From Seison nebaliae (lineage: Eukaryota), in NCBI GenBank assembly GCA_023231475.1, contig JALJEE010001592.1, positions 1 through 42,388 on the forward strand: DNA of 42,388 bases, in the 5' to 3' direction. Positions within the stretch are counted from its first letter, which is position 1. The number at the start of each line of letters is the position of its first letter. Below are positions 1 to 12,328 of this stretch, one piece after another. The position numbers and the translations under genes were made by a program. A model generated the notes under the pieces. That model did no database searches. It was not told where the DNA came from and saw only the letters and a list, made by a program, of their open reading frames with translations.

Positions 1-55
1 ATTTGATTTATTAATAAAAAAAAAAAGAAAAAAATAATTCAAAAAAAATATTAAC

Positions 56-3000
56 ATTCATCTGTGCGTCAGTTAGACATTGGTGTGATGTGGAAAATTT
101 GCGACCAAAAGAATCCTTTCTATTTCCCAATTTATCAGTAATTAAACGTCCTCTCGATTTATTTTCACGACGTAATTTTTGTTGGATTTTCTTCTCTCTT
201 GTCGTTCGATATTCCAACGCGAATTCGCTAATAGTTTTGCAGAACATGTGCACTTTATGATCAGGAACGGAACTCTTCGAATATCCGAGCCAAATTAAGA
301 ATTTCTTATATCGATTTATTATTCGACGATGAATAATTTTTAATGTCGATATTCTTTGAGCACAATCAACGAGGAAGTCGTGTGTCTTATTCTTTAAATT
401 ATTTATGGAAACTGAATTCGTTTCCGCTTTATTGATAACAGTCTTTAAGAATTTGAAAGCTGCTTTACAATCAGTTTCTAATCGATTTAATTTCTGTGAT
501 AATTGATCCCAATCAATCTAAAAATGTTTGGAACAAATTCAAAATTTTTTATGAATAAAAATTTGAGAATAACATCACTACATCTGGTAATGGGACCGAT
601 TTCCGAATAGAGATCTGTTAAGTCATCATACTTCTCCATCATAGTATCACAAACATGATACAATAATGTATGTTTATATAATGTATCTTTAACATCCGGT
701 ACTTTTGTTAGATAATCGATCTGAAATCCTTTGCTCTAATTTTATAAAATAAATTGATAGAAAATAAAATAAAATATAATTAATTGACAATTTAACTTGG
801 GATCCATTCAAATGATTGCCAACAGCTAATAACACTTCGAGAATTCGTTTGAAAGTTTTATTATTCTTTAAAATATCCATTCCCACTTTCAAATCCATCA
901 ACGGTTCCAATATTTCCTTTAATTTTCAAATTTTTCAAAATTCTTTATTTTTAGAAAAAAATTAACTTTTTCCATACTCTCATATTCCATTTTGAATAAC
1001 CATAATTTGAGACGTGCTTCCAATTCCGTAATGGATGAAAGAGTTAATAGAAACTGTTCGGCACTTCCGAGTGGAACTTCCGGTTGTGTCATTTGAGCTT
1101 CGATAATTTTTACTTTCTCTTCTTCCGTTGGAATCATTGTCAATAATTTCTAATAATATTCGGTAGAGAGAAAAATTATAAACAGAAATTTAACTTCAAT
1201 TCCATCTTTACCAATAATTGCCGTATCCATTTTTAATATTGCCGTTTTGATGGTTCGAGGTGGGGGTAAGGCAGTCATTCCGATGTTTATTGCATTCGAT
1301 CTCTTCGCTCCCAGAACTGTGATATATTTCTTACTTTCATTACCACGCTAAAGAAAAAAGAAATTAGAATTATTTTTCTTTCCTAAATCACAAATTTTTA
1401 AATGAAACTATTCGAATAGATAAACTAAAAGTTATTACAAAAATAAAAAGAAAAATAAATTGGAGAATGTAGAAAAATGCTAAAGACCATCAAAATAGAA
1501 TTGAAAGTAATGAAAAAAGATGAGCACAACAACAATGTCTATATAGAGAGATACAATACAAGATAAGAATCGTTTTGAAATATTTAATTTTTACCGTTTC
1601 CTTTGACTGTTAGAGATTGGAACATATAAAACAAAACAAAAAATCATTAGGGTCATTATTTCAGTTTGTTGAAAACCAATAATTAGTGAAATGGGAAAAA
1701 AGAAAAATTTATGGAGAGATCAAACTCACCTTCACTTTCAATTCACTTTGTTTCGTTTCGAATAACTCGTCAAGCTTATTCGTGTTAATATCAACTGGTG
1801 TCAATTCATCCCAAATACTTGTGGCACCATTCTGACTGAATGATGTGAGTATTTGAGGTGATAATTGAGTGGTAGGCAACACAGCATCTCTCCAATGGAG
1901 TTTCAATGTTTTTCTTGGTTTATTTGACATTGAACTATTTGTAATTTGTGAAGTTGAGTCCTGTCCTAAAGATGTTGCAAATAATTGTGAATCATTCAAT
2001 TGACATATTGGTGGGGCACAAGGTGGTGGTGGTATGCCTGGTAAGATAAGTAATGGTGGAGGTGGTGGTATTAATCCAAGACCACCACTACCAGGTGATG
2101 GGAGAGGTGGTGGTGGTGGTGGATTGCCATTAGTGAAAGTCATCAATATATCTTTATCATCTGTTGATGTTAGATCGGTGAAATCATAATCTTTTATTTT
2201 CAATTGTTTACTATTATCGAAATCGAATAAAGATTGCCAATTTCCTTCATTATTCTCTTTAACCACTTCCGGTTTCTCATTCTTATTCTGATGATTTGGA
2301 GAGAGTGGTCTCGTTTTCGTTTCGATAGTTGATTGTTGTGTTAATTTCTTTGTGACTTGAGTGACATTCGTCATTGTCTGCACATTCTGCGGTGTAGAAT
2401 TCACATGTGATGATGATGTGGCTGTTCCGTTGAATTGGCTCGTTCCTCGATTGAATTGTTCGACGACTGTTCTCTGATAATCGCAATTACTTTTCTTCTG
2501 TTTCAATTTCAGTGCTTCAATTTTCGAAGCAAGTCCTTCGCTCTTCAAAGTGGAATTTCCGTCACCATTCCCATTATCCTTCTTCTCCGTTTCTATTCCG
2601 TTCTATGAATAATGGTTGTTCAATTTGAATGTTTAACCTGTTAATGTTTTCGTTTCATTACTATTATTGGCAATAGTGGCGGAGAAGGCTATTGACGATG
2701 TCGGTGTCTCATTAGTAGATTTCTTATTTGCTGTTTCTTTTCTATTATCAATATTAATATTTTCTTTATTCTGTTTCGCTCTACATAATATCATAATCGG
2801 GGAAATCGGATGTTATATAATTCTCTAACAATTCACGTTCCCTTTTACGTTGTCGTATTTTATCTTGTACGCTCAATGCGGCTTCTTGACGGCTGTTATC
2901 CTTGTAGTCGTCTGACGCTTTTCCTGTTTTCTCACCGTTCGTTAATTTACTTACCGTTTCTGTATACATGTCAGATAATGATGAGTGTACATGTTATTAA

Positions 3001-5337
3001 TAATTTCATATATTCATTGAAATGAGAAAAAAAGAAAATTATGAAAATCAAAGACAAATTCTTTTGTTTAACCGCTGACGAATTGTTGTTGTTGATCGAA
3101 ACGTGAATTTTTCCCACCAGTTCGAGGAGATTGTCTATCAGATCGTTTCAATTAGAAAACAATGAAAAAATATTCAAATTAATCATTTAATTAATCAAAT
3201 TTCATAAAAAGAGAAAGTAAAATGGAGAGATTAATCGATGTTAAGAGATCGTTAGTAGAAATCGTTTTTCGATGGTTTTGATGGATGGAATAGCTGATGG
3301 TTTTTGAAAGAGAACAAATGGAAGAAACTTCTTCCAGAGAAATTGAGATAAACGGTTATAGGAAATAAATAGTAGGAGGAGGAAGAGGAAGAATTTCATT
3401 AATTTTCTCTAAAAATAAAACTAACGAAATTGAAATCGAATTTGATTTACGACTATAATCATCAGTATTAATGTTGTTGTTGTTGTTATTGTTAATAGTT
3501 CTTGCTAAATTAGTATTATCTTTTATATTATTATTGGTTGATTTTTCACTCGATGTATCATCCGTAGCAAAATGTTCCATCAAGGAATTAGCAAGAAAAC
3601 TTGTTCGACGAACATTTCTTCAAAAAAGTTAATCGAATTTCCCAAAAAGTTTTTAAAGAGAATTGTCTTTTAGAAAAATTAATAGACAAAATAAAAGTTT
3701 ACCTTAATTTAATTAGATAATTATTGTTGATTTTATCACCATTTTCTTGTCGAATTGCTGCCTGTATAAAAGAGGTGAATTTACTACCGACCAATTCTTT
3801 GAAATAACTTCATATAATTTGAATTGTTCGATGAGACCGTTGTCATAAATTTTCTTCGTATTTTTGTTAATTTCATTACAAACAGATGATATTCCTTGAA
3901 TTTCCAGTATGTTACAAATTTCATAAAACGTTTCACGAGTGGGAATTGAATTCAATGTCTTTTTTAATGGAATTGACAATGGTGAAACGGTGGAAGTGAC
4001 TCCAAGTGGAAAATAACCGTATTAATCAATGTAATTGTTAATAATATTATTTCGAGATCACCTTTAGCTAAATCATTCAAGATCATCATGAAATTCCGCC
4101 ATGGATGTTTATTCTTCTTCTGATCACTACTCACGATGGCATTATGCAATAACATTGCATTCGTCTCAATATATTCCACGAATATGATGAGTAATTTTAA
4201 TGTTGTTTTAACAACTAAACGATAATTCGATGTTACTAGAGAATAGAGCCATTCGATCGTCGGTTGATGTTGTATAACACCGTTCATTCCATCAACAAAC
4301 AACATCAATTGTCCCAATGCTAATAATCATTAAAAAAATCCATATGAGAAAAATGTTATTAAAAAATTTTGTTTCTAAACCTCTTAAAATATAATTCTGA
4401 AAATTTTGATCAGCATTCTTCCCCACATAAATCAAACATTCTAATCCTTGTCTGTTGACAAATTCTTGAACGAGATCTTTATCATCCTGATAATTATTTG
4501 ATAATTTGACGAAAAAAAAACATTTTTTCAAAATTGATTATTGAAATTTATTTTTTGAAATAATTTTTGAAGAAAATAACTTGGAAAATTTGTTTCAAGG
4601 AGAATAATGCTCGACGCAATTCTTTCCCATTACAATTGTAGAGACGATCTGAAATGGTTAAGAGGAACATTTTCGAATGAGTAATTTGAAGTTTCAGTTA
4701 AAGACGATTGTTAACCAATACAGTATTTCACACGTATCGATAATTGTGTTCGAATAATAAGTGATGCATGTTTTCTTTATGAATGAGAATGAGAAGAGTT
4801 CAAATGACAAGAATAATAACGTATCGCGTAAACAATCAACATCATCACTTTGTTCATCGAGTGATGAGTCGACATCGAGATACGGACCGTACTCATAATT
4901 TATCTGGTTTTTAGCATCAGATCGAACATTCGATTTCGAAATTCGATAGACTTGTAATGTACATTCTTCTTCCTATTACGAGAAAATGAGAAATGATTAT
5001 CATCACGTCCATTATTCACAATATTAATAAGAATCATAATAAGTTATCACAATATAAATATTATAAAACAAATAAGTTAGTCTCGACTAGGACGTTATTA
5101 GAGAGATTAATTTTCTTTATTAATATAGAGATTAATAAATTATTTGAAAGAGAAGAAGAAGTTTAAAGTGACCTTCTGTGGAGCATTAAGTAATTTATGC
5201 ACCGATTTGATTTGGTTTCTGAGAGGAACATTTGTTAGGAATGTAAAAAGTGGAGGTCGATTTGGTTCTGGGAAGTTGGTGCTACAGAACGGGTCGTTAT
5301 CATCCAAATATTGAACGCGACATTCAAACGTACTCAT
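56..5337 (-). CDS. FHOD: FHOD-subfamily formin (GBD/FH3, FH1, FH2); multi-exon (~19 exons in window), 3' end lies beyond the left edge
   Basis: Exon 1 (5337-5173) [26 protein letters not shown] matches the FHOD N-terminus. Spliced exons give [50 protein letters not shown] and [17 protein letters not shown]. Poly-Pro FH1 near 2010-2120. FH2 motifs [72 protein letters not shown]. Exons join in frame through GT-AG introns; the low-complexity middle exons (2600-3600) are less certain. Confidence 0.95.
1595..1606 (-). CDS. FHOD: Candidate 12-nt frame-preserving microexon (SKET) of FHOD
   Basis: Minus strand reads tctctaacag|TCA AAG GAA ACG|gtaaaa inside the unusually long (~380 nt) phase-0 intron 1729-1348, with a CTAAC branch-like motif just before the acceptor. 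Confidence 0.6.
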
Positions 5338-5579
5338 GTTCTCATTGCGATGAATCGGGCTGCATGTGGAAGATTGTTTGGAAATGATGTGTTCTCAGAG
5401 TTCTTTATAGTCACATATTTATATGAGAGACATTATGAGAATGGCAGAGTCATGGTCTATCAGGAATAGATTTATTTTGAAATATTTTGGATTTATTTAA
5501 ACTCGTTCCTCCTGATGATGATGATACAATAATGAGAAAAGGAAATTCGTTTCTTTTACTTTGCAAATGTTACACGTTC

Positions 5580-5923
5580 ACAGAGACTTCAACGAAAAGT
5601 CTTTGATAACCGGAAAGAAGTATAGAGAAACATGAAGAGGAATGATAACGGTGGAAATACAATATGTAGGTAATATGTAAATGAAGTGTATATAAACAGA
5701 AATTATCATTACTCTTCTTACTATTATCTGAAAATGTCGATTGCTAGAATTGGATGGCCATTCGCCCTCCATAAACGAATGGAATATAAAAAGGAAAATA
5801 TTAAGGAATTTTACTTCAGATACAGACGAGTTTGATACAGAGTTTGTTGTGAACGAAAACATTATGGTGAAGATTAAAAAAGAGTGGAAAGAATGTATAA
5901 AACATATTCGAAAATGTTTCTGA
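5580..5923 (+). mobile_element. Possible decayed 3' end of an L1/Tx1-type non-LTR retrotransposon ORF2
   Basis: A frame with several stops reads ..EIIITLLTII*KCRLLELDGHSPSINEW...KIKKEWKECI. Reading the TGA at 5729 as former TGG gives IIWKCR, resembling the IWxxRN ... F/KxxW tail of L1-clade ORF2. Motif resemblance only. Confidence 0.4.
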
Positions 5924-8900
5924 TGTAGAGTCTCATTCGTTTTCCCCATCCATTCTACCAAGGAGGTATGAAGGACGTTCCCCCGAACGTTTTGACCAAC
6001 TTAACTGTTCCTTTATTCACTCAATAACATTCACTTGTACGTCCGGAATGAGAGAGCCCATCCTTAATTTATTTGTAATTATATCGCCAATATTTTCTTA
6101 TTAATTCCTATCAATATTCAATTTATCATACCTCATCCATCATTTAGAGTTTTGTTAAGAGTTCTTTGAAATTTGTCGACACAAATCCATCTTCATCAAC
6201 ATCTTCATTCTGACAATAACGAATAATGGATAATTCAATGACGAATCCATCATACCATCATAGTATCGTTACATATTTAGAATAATTAACATGTTCATTA
6301 TATTGACGATTATATATCGACGTTCATACATTGTTTATTATACTCGGAGAGTTTTATTATTTTATTTCGAACGATATTTGAAAAATTAATCTGAAAAGTT
6401 CTTGGTATTTGGTTAAGAAAGTATCAATGTTAATTCTGTGGGTGTCAATGACCTATTCCATTCACTATTGTTTATCTTCAATGGACAATAATATATGTTG
6501 AAGAAGAAAGAACAATCTCATTTTAGTTGATTGAATGAAGATGTGATGGATCATGGAGAAAAAGAATGATGAATAAATAAGATTGTTATTCTTTCATCGC
6601 CAGAATGAGTTGTCGCGACGAATAATGAACTTTCATAAAAAGTGCGATAATCGTTTAATTTCATTAAAATGAGAACGTCCCGATATCAGTAAAATTGACT
6701 TATCAACGGAAGTTTAACATTCAATCGTCCTAATCAACTAAGATGGTGCGCGATCCCCAAAGTGTTAAATTATCAATCAAAACGAGTTACGTAAAAGAAA
6801 ACGGATAAATATTCGCATAGGCTCTTAAGAATTACATTTAGCTGTTGTTGTTGTTGTTTTAATTAATTCTTTTCAGTTGATGTTATTGCAGATGATGTTG
6901 TGTAACGAAGAAAGAATTCAGCTTTTCGGTCTACCGATTTCGGGATTCGTAGTAATAATAATTATAAATATTTCATTTGGGATCACACCATAGTGAACTT
7001 AAGGATGAAAATTACCAAACAGAAAAAAAATAGAACAACATTTTGACGATGATGACGACGACGTGAAATATAGTGGAAATTCATTCAATTAAATTTTGCG
7101 ACATATTCTCAATTTATATCTGTTTGAATAAAAATGAAAATATATCGACAACAATATTTTCGGAGACCTGTACATCGATAGATATAGTGCGAATTCGTTT
7201 AAATAATATCGATCTGTATTCGAACATCAATTGCCAATCATTTCAATACATTCCTACTTATTCTTGACAGTTCGTATATCGAGAATATTTTCATTTGATT
7301 TTTAGTGAAACGATTCTCGAAAAATTTCTTTTTCTTCATTTAATCCCAAATTACCAATTCCATATTATCAACTCAATTTCTCCAAATTCAGATTATTGAC
7401 TTATCTTATTATTCTTTACAATAATAACAATATCTAACATCGCTCGCTTTTATTTTTTCATTTTTTATTAATTCTTTTTATTAAACAATTAATTGTCAAT
7501 TATTAATCTCATTCAATTCTGTTACGATAATTTTCTTTTAATAACTTTTATAAAACTTTTAAATTTTTTCACCAAAAAAAACCACTTTTTACTGCTACTA
7601 AAATAATATGTATATTGTGTACATCCGATAAATATTGACACATTATTTTGTCGACGACGATCGATTATTGATGGAGACGACGAATTGAGGGAAGCATAGG
7701 AAAAGTTTCGATTGAAATTATATTTGAATATTTATACGATTCTAACAATCTAACAAGTAAATGGATGTACTCATGTGGCTACCCGTATTATCCGACTAAA
7801 TCGATGTATGTACACACAAATGGTGTAAGTGTTAGTTTGCGGTTAGAATTTATTTTCGAAATACATTAATATATTCGATGAATAACATCCATCCCATAGT
7901 TACATATGAATATGAATAGTTTTATTGTTTCACAAATGGAATAGTAATAGGCCGGAATTGAAGGAACGTATACGAGAAAAATTAAGAAATATTTCGAATA
8001 AATAAAGAATAAATAAGTTGAATTCCATTCCACCGGATATACGTCGAGTGCTCTCTAAGACAAGAAAATTTGTATTTATCGTTCTCATTTCTCGTCATAA
8101 TAAAAGAAATATTTTCTCGTTAATTTCCGGTAAGAAAACTGTCTTTAACACGACGAATCAAACCGCAAAATCTCCTTCCTTCTTATTACTCTCCACTTAT
8201 GGAACAACATGGTAATCATACGAAGTAGCATAATCGCCCCCGATTATTTCAACACTGATCATTTCGAATGTAATGATGAAAAGATCTGAGAATATTTTAT
8301 CGGATTTCTATCTCCATTATAATCTTTTATGTATTAGAAAAACATTTGAATGGGACATTAAATCAGAAGAATAACATAATATCATTTAATTCGTTCATAT
8401 CAGTGACGAAGGAAACATCCGATTTATTCTCCTCCATTCTTCCAACAATCATGTTGATGACTTGTTAATTGGAAGAAAAGATGAAGTTAGAGATGATGAA
8501 CTACGTAAAAAATAGTTTTAATAAAATTGTTCGACATTCTCCATTCGACCGAAATTTACATACTGATGTTTTCGAATCTACTTAATAGAAGAGATACAAG
8601 AAAGAAGAGTATTATTAAGAGGATGTGTGAATATGTTTGTGAGGGAAATGGTCACATCTTTCCTTAAGATCAATTCAATTTGAAAACGGGGAAATGACCA
8701 TTTTTATTTTTCGCGCTATCCTTTTTTTTTAAATAATCTTCTTTTTCTTTCCTCTTTCGAATGTGTTGAGGACTAGAGAAAGAAAGAAAGATTAATGCAA
8801 ACATTTCGTATGATGATAACAGATGTAATGTTCATTCATTGAAGAAAGAAAAAAAATTTGGATAAATATAAGATCGTTTCTTCTCATCTTCTCTAATTTC

Positions 8901-9454
8901 GTTTCATTCATCTCCTCCTTCTCTCGATGTGTGGAGAAAGAATGAAACGGAAAATGGATTAAATTTACTATGACGACTTGTCGAATATCCGATTACGATA
9001 ACGGGCTGTAATTGCAGTCATTGTCGCACATGACACCGTTCATTTCGATCACCTTATAACTTATGAGAATTATTACTCTTATTCACTTACATTCACTTAC
9101 TCATCATACAATTATTACCGTTCGTGTACCGCCAATTCGAAACTATATATATTTTAGACTACGAACTCATATATTTCTTTTTCATTCATCAGATTGACCT
9201 CGACACAACTTCTCATCGATTATTCTTCTTCATAATATCATGTCAATGAATAGTGATAATTCAGTTAAATTAGAAGTTCGATAACTGAATCCATCCGCTT
9301 TCTTTTTGCATTTAAGTGAACACAATGATGAGCGTTGCAGTGGAAGACGAATTAGTTAGAATTATGATTAGAAGGATTTTTTTTCTATTCATCATACACA
9401 TTAAGAGGGGACTGAATAAAAAACTCAAACAGGAAAGCATATTAAATAAAAGGG

Positions 9455-12328
9455 TTAATAATTTAGATGATATTTGGAAAGAACCTTCAATTTTCTATCA
9501 TTCATAATATTAGCAAATGGTTGAGAACAGTCGAAAATAAATTCTTCGGCTTCGTTGTCGTCTGTATCGTACAACATCTCATCCGAACAATCAACATCCT
9601 TATTCCAACGTCCTTCCTTTTCTTTTCCACTTACACTCAAACTTCTTTTAATTTCACTATTTAACGGTATGGACGCAGTTGACGAGATGGTAAGCTTTCG
9701 TTCCGTCAATTCAAGTCTTTCAGTAACTCTACAATTGTTTTTCTTCAAACTATTTATTGTGTTCGATTCACTAGTGTTATTCTTATGATGATTCTTTCCA
9801 TTAGTCATTGTGGTGGTGGATGGAATTGACGACTTAAATAAACGACTAAATTTATTTTCATTAGTCAACTTTCTTTGTTCACATTCTTCCATTTGGACGA
9901 GAACTTGTTGAGAAATTGACAATTTTTGCGAGAGTTTCTCTTGTCGATAGCTTTCCATATCCTTTTCGGGCGGTTCTGACAAATTCGTAACATTAATTTT
10001 CTCCGGTTCTTTCATCATTCGATTATTCTCCACAATCATCAATTCTTTTGTCAATTTCTCTTTATTAATACTTTTCTTCTTTTTCTCATTTGTTACCGGT
10101 GAAATTTCCGCGTCTTTCCTTTCCAATCCATTTTCCACTTCATTCATCTTCTTCACCACTTCTTTCTTTAATTTATCGTTATTAATTTCCGTTTTATTTC
10201 TCACTTGATTTCGTGTCGATTTCTTTGAATCAATATTAGTTCCCTGATTTTTCGTCTTGTCGCTCTTCACTTCAACTCCCATATGACGACAAGTAGTACG
10301 TTTGTGGAGTAATGAGGAGTCGTTCGAGAATGCAGTTCGATTCTTTTTCTGTAATTGTTTGATCTTTTCCGCAATTACACCACCTTGTGTCAATGAGATT
10401 GATGATAATCGTCGTTCTGATGATCTTCTTTCCATAGAGTTTTTGAGTGATGACGTGGAATGATCAGAAGAGACAGAATTTCGTTTCTTATAAATCGAAA
10501 TATCTGAATCTTTGCGTTTAACTTTCGAATTCTCTTCATTCTTATTCAATTTCGTGTTGAATTTATTCGTAATATTTATCGTCTTCCAATTCACCATATT
10601 ATCGTTGGAATTTGCAACTTGTTCATTGTTCAATCGATGTGATGATCTTTCGATTTCAGATGAGGATAGTTCGTCGGAAATATCACCGCTGAATGTTTTA
10701 AGGCAATTTTTCGTAACATGTTTAATACAAGGACGTTGGGAAGATTTGTCGGTAAGTTCTGAAGGTGAATTAACATTATGCGATTCCATCGTCTCTATCA
10801 TCGATTTCACCCAGTCACATTTGTTAATCCGATTTGTCATTCGCTGATTCTTCAACTTTTTATCCTCTTCAACATTCATTTTCACTGTCGATTTATTCCC
10901 AGTGTCTTTTCCCTTCGAACGGTTTCGACTAATTATTTCAGGTTTTTTCTTTTTCGATTTTTTTGACGAAACGGTTTCTTTATTCTCACCATTCTTTACT
11001 GACGGTATTAGCATTGTTGATTTGTGAGTTTGGGGTGTTTTTTCCAAAAAATTTTTAGGCTTAATGTTTTTCGTTAAATTCTCTATATTTATATTATCAG
11101 CTATTGTTGTTGTTGCTGAAAAGGTGAAGTCGATGGCATTCAAATCCTGATGGACAGAATGAGCATATATGTCATTCTTCTTATTCTTATTCTGATTTTG
11201 TTGTTGTTGCTGTTGTTGTTTGTTGTATATCTGGAAAATGGTTGATGTATCTGAGAGACAATCTTTAAAAACTTCATCAACCGAATCATCATCGATTGAT
11301 GTTGATATATTATTTTTATCATCATCACTGGATGATGTTACACTACCAAGCCCGCTAGTGCTTTTATCGCTGATACGTTGGGAGGTTGTGCTTTGAAAAT
11401 TCGTTTTCAAAATATTCCGTTCAATTATATCAATCTGATTTTTCTGTCCGTTTCTTTCGGAATTATTTCGATTTTTTATATTCGGTTGATCTTTTGATCT
11501 GATTTCATTCGTTGCATCAGATATCGTTGCGTAGATACTCTCATTCATATCTAATTTAGTAAGCGAATTGTCAAGGGAAGCAAAAGGTGTTGATGATTTG
11601 AAGAGTGTGGAATAATCTAAAGTATCACAGTTGGAAGTTGGTGATAGAATTGGTGATTTGCTCTCAGATTTAGTTGTTGGTTTCGATAAGGATAAAGTGG
11701 ATAAAGCGTTTTTAGCCATTTGGCGACATTTTGAAGTTTTATCGGTGAGAATTCTTCGGCCAAACGATTTAGCGTAAGCGAGTTTTTTTTTTTTGGAAGA
11801 TGTTAAATGAAAGCGATGGTTTTCTCCTTCGGAAGCGGATAAGAATAAATGACTTCGACATTTACCGATTTGGGAGAATGAAGATGCTCCCGTCGATTTC
11901 GATGTTTTGTCAGAATTGGAAGAAGATTTGAATGTGGTATCGAATGAGGAATCATCAAACGGTTTAGAGAAGACTGAGGAATAAGATGAGATACTATACT
12001 GGTTCTTTAATAGATTGTTATCGAATTGTATTGGTGACACCGCAGATTGTTCGGCGTCGGATAAACAATCATGTGAGATGGTTGTTGAGGTTGCTGCATT
12101 CACAATAGAAGACGGTGAAGGTCGTTGCTCAGATTGTAATGATGATTTGTATTTGTTGGATGGATCGTTAAAAGCATTACTCTCACTCAACGGAATAATG
12201 ATCGAATTGAAAACATCTGTAATACTGACATCCTTGACAGTTGCATTCGTTGTGTCGGTGTTGGAGATGTGGGCGATGTTTGTTGTGGTGTTAGGGACGA
12301 ATTGGCGCAAAAAGGAAGCAAATTTCAT
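9455..12328 (-). CDS. Uncharacterised 957-aa Ser/Lys/Asn/Thr-rich, probably disordered protein (single large exon)
   Basis: A 2.87 kb stop-free ORF in very AT-rich DNA is unlikely by chance. No recognisable domain. The true 3' end may be spliced at AAG|gttctt (9485/9484). Confidence 0.8.
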   Translation of the reverse strand: MKFASFLRQFVPNTTTNIAHISNTDTTNATVKDVSITDVFNSIIIPLSESNAFNDPSNKYKSSLQSEQRPSPSSIVNAATSTTISHDCLSDAEQSAVSPIQFDNNLLKNQYSISSYSSVFSKPFDDSSFDTTFKSSSNSDKTSKSTGASSFSQIGKCRSHLFLSASEGENHRFHLTSSKKKKLAYAKSFGRRILTDKTSKCRQMAKNALSTLSLSKPTTKSESKSPILSPTSNCDTLDYSTLFKSSTPFASLDNSLTKLDMNESIYATISDATNEIRSKDQPNIKNRNNSERNGQKNQIDIIERNILKTNFQSTTSQRISDKSTSGLGSVTSSSDDDKNNISTSIDDDSVDEVFKDCLSDTSTIFQIYNKQQQQQQQNQNKNKKNDIYAHSVHQDLNAIDFTFSATTTIADNINIENLTKNIKPKNFLEKTPQTHKSTMLIPSVKNGENKETVSSKKSKKKKPEIISRNRSKGKDTGNKSTVKMNVEEDKKLKNQRMTNRINKCDWVKSMIETMESHNVNSPSELTDKSSQRPCIKHVTKNCLKTFSGDISDELSSSEIERSSHRLNNEQVANSNDNMVNWKTINITNKFNTKLNKNEENSKVKRKDSDISIYKKRNSVSSDHSTSSLKNSMERRSSERRLSSISLTQGGVIAEKIKQLQKKNRTAFSNDSSLLHKRTTCRHMGVEVKSDKTKNQGTNIDSKKSTRNQVRNKTEINNDKLKKEVVKKMNEVENGLERKDAEISPVTNEKKKKSINKEKLTKELMIVENNRMMKEPEKINVTNLSEPPEKDMESYRQEKLSQKLSISQQVLVQMEECEQRKLTNENKFSRLFKSSIPSTTTMTNGKNHHKNNTSESNTINSLKKNNCRVTERLELTERKLTISSTASIPLNSEIKRSLSVSGKEKEGRWNKDVDCSDEMLYDTDDNEAEEFIFDCSQPFANIMNDRKLKVLSKYHLNY

